This document shows, one piece after another, positions 57,220 to 64,000 of a stretch of DNA of 64,000 nt (its first letter is position 1; each line of letters begins with the position of its first letter). Source of the stretch: the human T2T-CHM13v2.0 reference genome, Homo sapiens; the NCBI RefSeq assembly GCF_009914755.1, contig NC_060925.1; one strand, written 5' to 3'. The position numbers and the translations under genes are program-made. The notes beneath the pieces are model-generated. The model had not been told where the DNA came from and ran no database searches. It worked only from the letters and a program-made list of their open reading frames with translations.

Positions 57220-59700
57220 ATGCAAATACAGCAGAATATAGGATTAGCAAAGAACAGTTTAAAAGCAAATATCCAAACTGGAGAGAAAAAATAATGAAAA
57301 ATATGAATATAGGCATAAGATACATATGAGACACATTTTAAAGATTTTTATATAAGTGTAATTTGAAGTTCCAGAAAAACAGCAAAGAGATATTGGGGAA
57401 GAAGCAATGTTTAAAGAAAGAATGGCTAAGAGTTTTCCAAAACAGATGAAAGACATGAGTTCTGCATACTGAATGGATATTAATTCAGTAAAACCACATT
57501 TAGATAGATCATAGGAAAACTACTATGTCAAATAGCAAATCTTACATGCAACAGAAGGGGGAAAGCCATATTATTGCAAATAAATAATAGCTGATTTTTC
57601 AACAGACTCAGAAGCAGCCAGAAGACAATGGATTAGCTTCTTTTAAATACAAAAAAAAAAAAAAAAAATGACTTTTAACCTAGAATTCTACATCCAGCAA
57701 AACTATTGTTCATAAATACAACCAAGATGTTTTGAAGAAAACTCAGAATTCTCATCCAGGAGTGTGACATAAAAAGAAGCATTAAAGAGAGTTCTTCATG
57801 TTAGAAGGAAAACAATTCTAGAACCCAAATGGAAACAGTGAATTGCAAGAAAGAATGAATAATAATATGTGATTAAAATAAGTGTTACTAGATGAACAAA
57901 AATAATTTCTTGTGTTTTATACATGTAGAATTAAGATGCCTGATAATAGATAAGCAAAAAAGAAAGCAGATTAAAAACAGCTAAATGTTTTCATGTTCCA
58001 ATATTATTCAAAAAATCATAAAAAATAATGTCACGTATGTATGTTGAAATAAGGCAAACAATAACAAAATAGTTAAAAAGAACCACGAGTTAATACAAAG
58101 GAAAATAAATTGTTAAAAATTTTGATTAACCCAAACAAAAGACAAAACAACCTACATAAAAATACTACATTTTCATTCTTGAAAAAAAAAAAACTCACGT
58201 GTTACTTACAAGATACATCCTTTACATATAATGACATAAACCAAAGAATTGAAAAATATATACCATGCATATACTAGACAAAAAAAGCTGCTGTAGCTAT
58301 ACTAATATCAGATAAAATATACTGTGAAACAAGGAATATTACTAGAGATAAAGAGGGACATTTCATAATTAAAGTTCCATAATCCATCCAATGACATCGC
58401 TTCAAAATATATAAAACAAAATTAAGAGAACCAGAATGTAAAATAAACAAATCTATAATCATGAGACTTGAACCTTTCTTGAAATGTGACCCCTAGCTAC
58501 CACTATGTGGAAAAAAAATAATTCCAAATGGTTCATATATTTAAATGTTAAAGAAAAAGGCCTTTAGAAGACATAGGAGAAAGTCTTAAAGTAGACAAAA
58601 ACTATAAAAATGCTAATCAAAAAGGAAAAATGATAAACTGTATTCATTAGAATAACTACTTTTAACCAAAAGATACTATTAAGAGTGAAAAGATAAGGCA
58701 CAGAGTGGAAAAAAAATTGCAAAACATATATCTAAGGACTCATATGAAGAATCTACAAAGAAATCTTACCTAAAAATGAAAGATAGACAATCCAGTAGAA
58801 AAATGAACAAATGATGTGAACACAACAGAGGATATCCCAATGGCCAATAAGAATATTCACTCGTCACTGGACACAGCAAATTAAAACCATTATATGATAA
58901 ATTACTTTTCACTTATCAAAATGCCAAAAGAAAACACAGAGAAGCACAGAGGCATATGCATGCACACACATACACACACACAATCAGTCAAAGAAGTAGG
59001 GAGGATGTGAAACAAGTAGAACTCTCCCACATTGGTAGTGGGAGTGTAACTGTTAAAACCATGTGCAACATTCTTTGATAGCATCTACTAAAGCTGAGTG
59101 TACATTCCCTCTGATTAATTCCACTGGTAGATACATACCCAAATAAAATGTATGCAATGTCACCCAAGGACATGTGCATACTGCTTACAGCAGCTCTGTA
59201 ATAGCCCAAACCCAAAACAAACCAAATGCGCACCAATGGAGGAATGAATAAGTAAATGGTAGCATTTTCATACAATAAAATGTATTGTATGAATACATTT
59301 TATTCATGGCAACAATAATGAACTACTGCTACACTGCCAGGTAAAACAGGATGTCTAAATTGCAAAAACGCTTGAATTGAAAAACCAAAAAGAAACAGGA
59401 ATAAAAAAGTAGACACTGTAGGATGTCATTTATATAAAGCTCAAAACGTGCAATATTATATCTTGCTGTTAGAAGATAAAAAACTTTGTTAGAAATTTGA
59501 TAATGTTTACACTTGGAATAGCAGTAGCTGGCAGGAAACAAGAGGGGCTTCTGCAGAGAACTGTTTCATTTCTTGATCTGGTAGGTAGTTTACATGAGAC
59601 TGTTAATTTTATAATTTCTCAAGCTGTTACTTATTATTTGTGCATTTTCTATGTGTTCTTTTCTATGCTTTGAAAAGAAGTTTAATTTTAAAAACAGCAT
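57220..59700 (+). mobile_element. Old L1ME-like fragments (ORF1 to 3' end, internally deleted)
   Basis: ORF1-like (gcagccagaagacaatgga...cctagaattctacatccagcaaaact), EN-like and 3'UTR-like motifs in order. Confidence 0.6.
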
Positions 59701-60416
59701 GTATATAGAAACTTAAAACTGTAAAAACTGATCCCAAGGTCATATAAACCCCTTATACCCCCCCAAGACTAATCTTAGTGTCCAGCACACATTGATGATA
59801 AATGATTGTTTTTTAAACTAATGAATGAAACAAGGGATCAAACACATAAAAAAGTACTGTCATTATTTCCCAGCTGTCATTTATATGAATGCTTATCTGC
59901 TTTTTCTCAGAAAATATCCTCATACAGATTTTTCCTAATGTTAAACCTGACAAACCTGACCTGCCATTTTCCTCTTTTATTCAATTAACATACAAATTAA
60001 CTGAGAAGTTTCTTCAAAATACATACCTCTCCTACCCACTCATGCTACCATTTAGGATTAAATCTATTTGCAGTAGATGAAATTGCTTTATATTGGGCCA
60101 CAAAACAAGAGTTCTCATATTTTGAAGGCTGTGAAATAATTATCATCAAGTCACTATGTACTGAAACTTTATAAGATAATTATCACTAACATTGTTTATA
60201 GTTAAGATGGTCTATTTCAAACATTTTGCATAATGACTTAGGTCAAGCAGGCATTTAGATATGTTGCCTTGGGCAAAACCACTGACTTCCATCAAATGGA
60301 GCTTGCTTGCTTTCTTTTTTTCTTCCCGGTGACTAAATTTTGTAAGCTTTAGGCATCTTTGGTGGTTTTCTTGACCTATTATAAATAGTCTTCAAAAAAA
60401 AATTTTAGAAACTAAC

Positions 60417-60516
60417 ATATAAATGTCTTTGATGAGCCTGATGTGATTTCAAGACATTTTTTACCCGGTCATGGATCTCATCGCAGTTTGAAGGTGAACA
60501 CCAATCAGAATGAAAT
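60417..60516 (-). CDS. SPATA6: SPATA6 third-from-last coding exon (100 nt)
   Basis: cttattttttgcctacag|A TTT CAT...TTA TAT|gttagt encodes (R)FHSDWCSPSNCDEIHDRVKNVLKSHQAHQRHLY, in phase with the exon at 10645. Confidence 0.95.
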
Positions 60517-61255
60517 CTGTAGGCAAAAAATAAGTTTTATTTTTGTTACTAAAATCAGGTAATGATTCTAAGCTATACTATCAAGTTTTCACAGTATGTT
60601 CAACAAATAGTCTTAATAAAGGTTGGCATACATTGGGGAGAACATACCTATATATCTGACCATTTTAATGATTTCCACACAGTTATTTGGAGCTTTAATT
60701 AAAGATACAGATTTTCATATGAAAACAGTAATTCTATGTACAATGCCTTTACATATAGTTCCTATTCTTTAGTAATCATACCCTCAAACTGTGTGAAAAA
60801 ATTCCTTTCTGCAGAGAAAAAAAATACCTAATTTTATGAAATGAAACAAAATGTGTATAATAGACAAAAATATCTACAATTTAATCATGCTCATTTTTTC
60901 AGAATACAGAGCAACACAGAAGTTAAATGGTTTCTTTTCAACACAGATGATATTATCTCTCTAGTCTCAGCTATGAATAAATGCATCTAAAAAATTGAAA
61001 AATATAACTTTATTATTAGAGTCTGGGGGTTGAAATTAAAGATATGAAAGAAGAAACAAAGCATCCCTTTCTCTTTTGTATGCCCTTCTCAAATTCAAAA
61101 CTGACACTAGTATAGATAAACGACTTTATTTCATATAATAATGAAAATTTCTAATTATAATATATAGTGTTATTAATAATTCCCTTATAATGAAATAGGT
61201 AAAATGTTGCTATGTTGCTGAAAACTTTGCCTTGTTTTCTTCCCAGTTTGTCCTT

Positions 61256-61534
61256 TCTTTTTTTTTTTTTTTTTTTTTGACACGGAGTCTCGCTCTGTCA
61301 CCCATGCTGGAGTGCAATGGCGCGACCTTGGTTAACTGCAACCTCCGCCTCCCAGGTTCAAGCAATTCTCCTGCCTCAGCCTCCTGAGTAGCTGGGATTG
61401 CCTGCCACTACACCTGGCTAATTTTTGTATTTTTAGTAGAGAGGTTTCATCATGTTGGTCAGGCTGGTCCCAAACTGCTGACCTCGTGATCCGCCCACCT
61501 TGGCCTCCCAAAGTGCTGGGATTACAGGCATGAG
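61256..61534 (-). mobile_element. AluS (AluSg-like), slightly 5'-truncated
   Basis: Poly-T then Alu; gacctcgtgatccgccc; TSD cccagtttgt(c/t)ctt at 61242-61255 and 61535-61548. Confidence 0.92.
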
Positions 61535-63071
61535 CCCAGTTTGTTCTTAAAAGCTACAATATCATATGTTTATACAAAATATAAACTACTAAACAGGATA
61601 AATGTTTTATACAATCTACTTTAAAGAATGCAATAAGTAATGAATAATCAATTATCTAAACTTTAATCTCCTGTATATATAAAAGCAAGTTCTATTGCAT
61701 CTATGAAAAATACATTAGCAGACTTTGTTATTTGCAATATATATAGTACATCTTGGAAATCTGAGATCCAACTATGCAGCTCTGAGAATCCACTGGATCT
61801 CTTCAATGATACTATTAGAGGATCCACTAGTCTGTGCTGTGGAATAAGGAATGCTTGCTTGCCAGTCTAATTTCATTTATAAAACTCAAAACTTTAAGCA
61901 TGATTCAAAAGAATATCAGCTCCTTTTTCAGTAGATTTGCTAGTATTTCTTGGTCTAATTTGAGTAATAACTCAAAAGCTCACACAAATTTTATATTATA
62001 ATATTAATATTTACACATTGAGAAGGAAACAACTTCTGAAATATAACACTTATAACCAAAATTGAAACCATTTTATGTTGTGCTAACTTTACTGGAGGAA
62101 TTTCTTAAATGGGCACAAAGCAAAAAACACCTTCACTATAAATAAAGCAATTCATTTGATTAAAGCCATTGGGAAAGTTTCTAAAAATCTGTTTATATAC
62201 ATGATTAAGGAGTCAGCATTTTACTGCAATCTTAGAGAAAACTTACTTAATTTCAATAAATATTTACACAGATAAACTCCTATAACTGTATGTTCTGTCA
62301 TACATCATCCACGCAAAACTTCCAATTTTGCCTGGAACATATAATCCACATTTACATCAGTTTAAATTGTTTATTGATTTCAATAGATTGTATAAACACC
62401 CTACAAGTATACTGCTTAGTGACCTATAAAAAGCCATTTCAGAGAATGTCTTATATTTAAAGATGAGGTACTGAGTGTTGAAAAGAATAAAATTTTTTGT
62501 TCCCAGTAGTACGTCTTAGACATTTTATCTTCCTTTAGAGACAAGATATTTAGAAAATACACTCAAATCAAAGGTGTTCTGCTTTAGCGAAAGTAAAAAA
62601 AGCTTATCTACCATGCCTGCCCCAGAGAGTATACCAACAGAATGTTAATTTGTATAGGTAAATTCAAAACTAAATTGCCATTGTATTCTTTTATTTTAAA
62701 ATTACCTAACCTTCCTCAAGTTATAGTTAAATTAGGTAATGTTTAACATTAGAATCACTCATTTTCTTCTAGCAAATAACTTACTACATCTATCATCCTG
62801 AGTGAAAATAATGTGTAAATGCCACCGCTATCTACTCTAAGCCCTTCCCCACACTGAAATATGAATAAAGGGACAGCTAACTTTAGCTGTCATCGATGAA
62901 GAATTTTTGAATATAGCCTCAATGACAAATTGATCAATCCAGAAAAGACTGAGGTCAAAAGCTGGAACAAAATTGCATACAAAGATAAAGTAACACTGAA
63001 CTAAAATTAATACTGTACTAGAGTGGTAGGTTTACAATTGGAGAGTTCTGCAAAATATGTGAAAAGGTAGA

Positions 63072-63182
63072 AAAATAAAAGTATTTATAAAAGTAAATAA
63101 AAACAAATTTATTTATAAAAGTAAATAATATTTATTTATAAAAGTATTTATAAAAGTTTATTATAAAAGTAAATAAAAACAT
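63072..63182. repeat. AT-rich degenerate tandem repeat
   Basis: Core ttataaaagt repeated about 5 times. Confidence 0.8.
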
Positions 63183-64000
63183 ATCCAAGGAAATACAGAT
63201 TTAAAAAATTCTGGAAAACTTACAGAGATGACAAAGGACCTAATCAACAAAATCACAAGAGATGAATTCTAAAAGTCGGTAAAAAGAAAGGAGCACCAAC
63301 TGTACGTCTAAACAGCTGGGCAGATGAGGAAATCGAGGAAAGTCCCCTGATACTGAGATGCAAGTTATCAACTTCAGCAGAAAAACCGCTCTTCCAGTTT
63401 TTCTCCTGAATTTTTGATGTTATTGTTGTTGTTTGTGTGTGTGCGCACCTATGTTAACGATTCCATGATCCCCCACTATCCCGCAACAGGCATGATTCTA
63501 ATGGACTAGAAGCAACCTTAATCAAAATTCCATATCTCAGGATTAGGGTCTACAACATGCCTCCATATATCCACTATGAATACTTTCAAAGCTAATAAGT
63601 AAACAGACAAACCTGTATGTTTAAAATAGGTTTGTTTTAATATAGCATCCAAACTAACACACTGTTGTTCAAATCATCAGTTTTGAGTTAAACTTAACCA
63701 GGATTGATTTCTTTTCAACTTATTACAGAAACATGGTTTTCTATATTACTATTAGTGACAGAGGCAAGGAATTTCCTATTTCAATTTTAAAATATATGAA
63801 AAGGAACTATTTATTTCACATCCAAATTATAACAGGATCAGACTCTGGTTGCCATAGCATTTTTAAAGGGAGAGCTGGAATCTTTACATGATTAAGATGC
63901 TCTTAGGGAGCTGGGGTAGGTTGTTTGAGAAAACTAGATACCATCTACCAAAAATATATAGATAGCCATTATGACTAAATAAAAAATATAATCTGTGTTG

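Noticed and set aside
60210-60376. Extra minus-strand exon after ttataatag
   Set aside because: It would need a ~40-nt intron from the 60416 donor, and the matching phase hits a stop after 8 codons.

Overview
Primate, almost certainly human, genomic DNA covering the 3' end of SPATA6 on the minus strand. Three coding exons (60417-60516, 10554-10645, 3468-3648) were missed by the ORF track; they splice in frame with GT-AG boundaries to give the SPATA6 C-terminus (...RFHSDWCSPSNCDEIHDR...HTQESF*). The ~49.8 kb intron (10646-60416) is almost entirely nested transposable elements: a full-length dead L1PA4-like element, a near-full-length L1PA13-15-like element carrying an MLT2A LTR, older L1MA/L1PB/L1MB/L1MC/L1ME pieces, Alus, MER44, MER58, THE1B and an LTR8-like LTR. 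It also holds a PPP1R8 (NIPP1) processed pseudogene and a U6 snRNA-L1 chimeric retrocopy. Nearly all listed ORFs are L1 remnants or antisense noise. I see no new multi-gene system. The best leads are a 37-bp hairpin that is fully paired only on the SPATA6-sense strand, a tail-less PPP1R8 retrocopy sitting exactly at a switch between two L1 lineages, the U6/L1 chimera, and TE promoters with splice donors pointing at the last SPATA6 exons. Gene and repeat-subfamily names come from recalled consensus sequences, and old-repeat boundaries are approximate.
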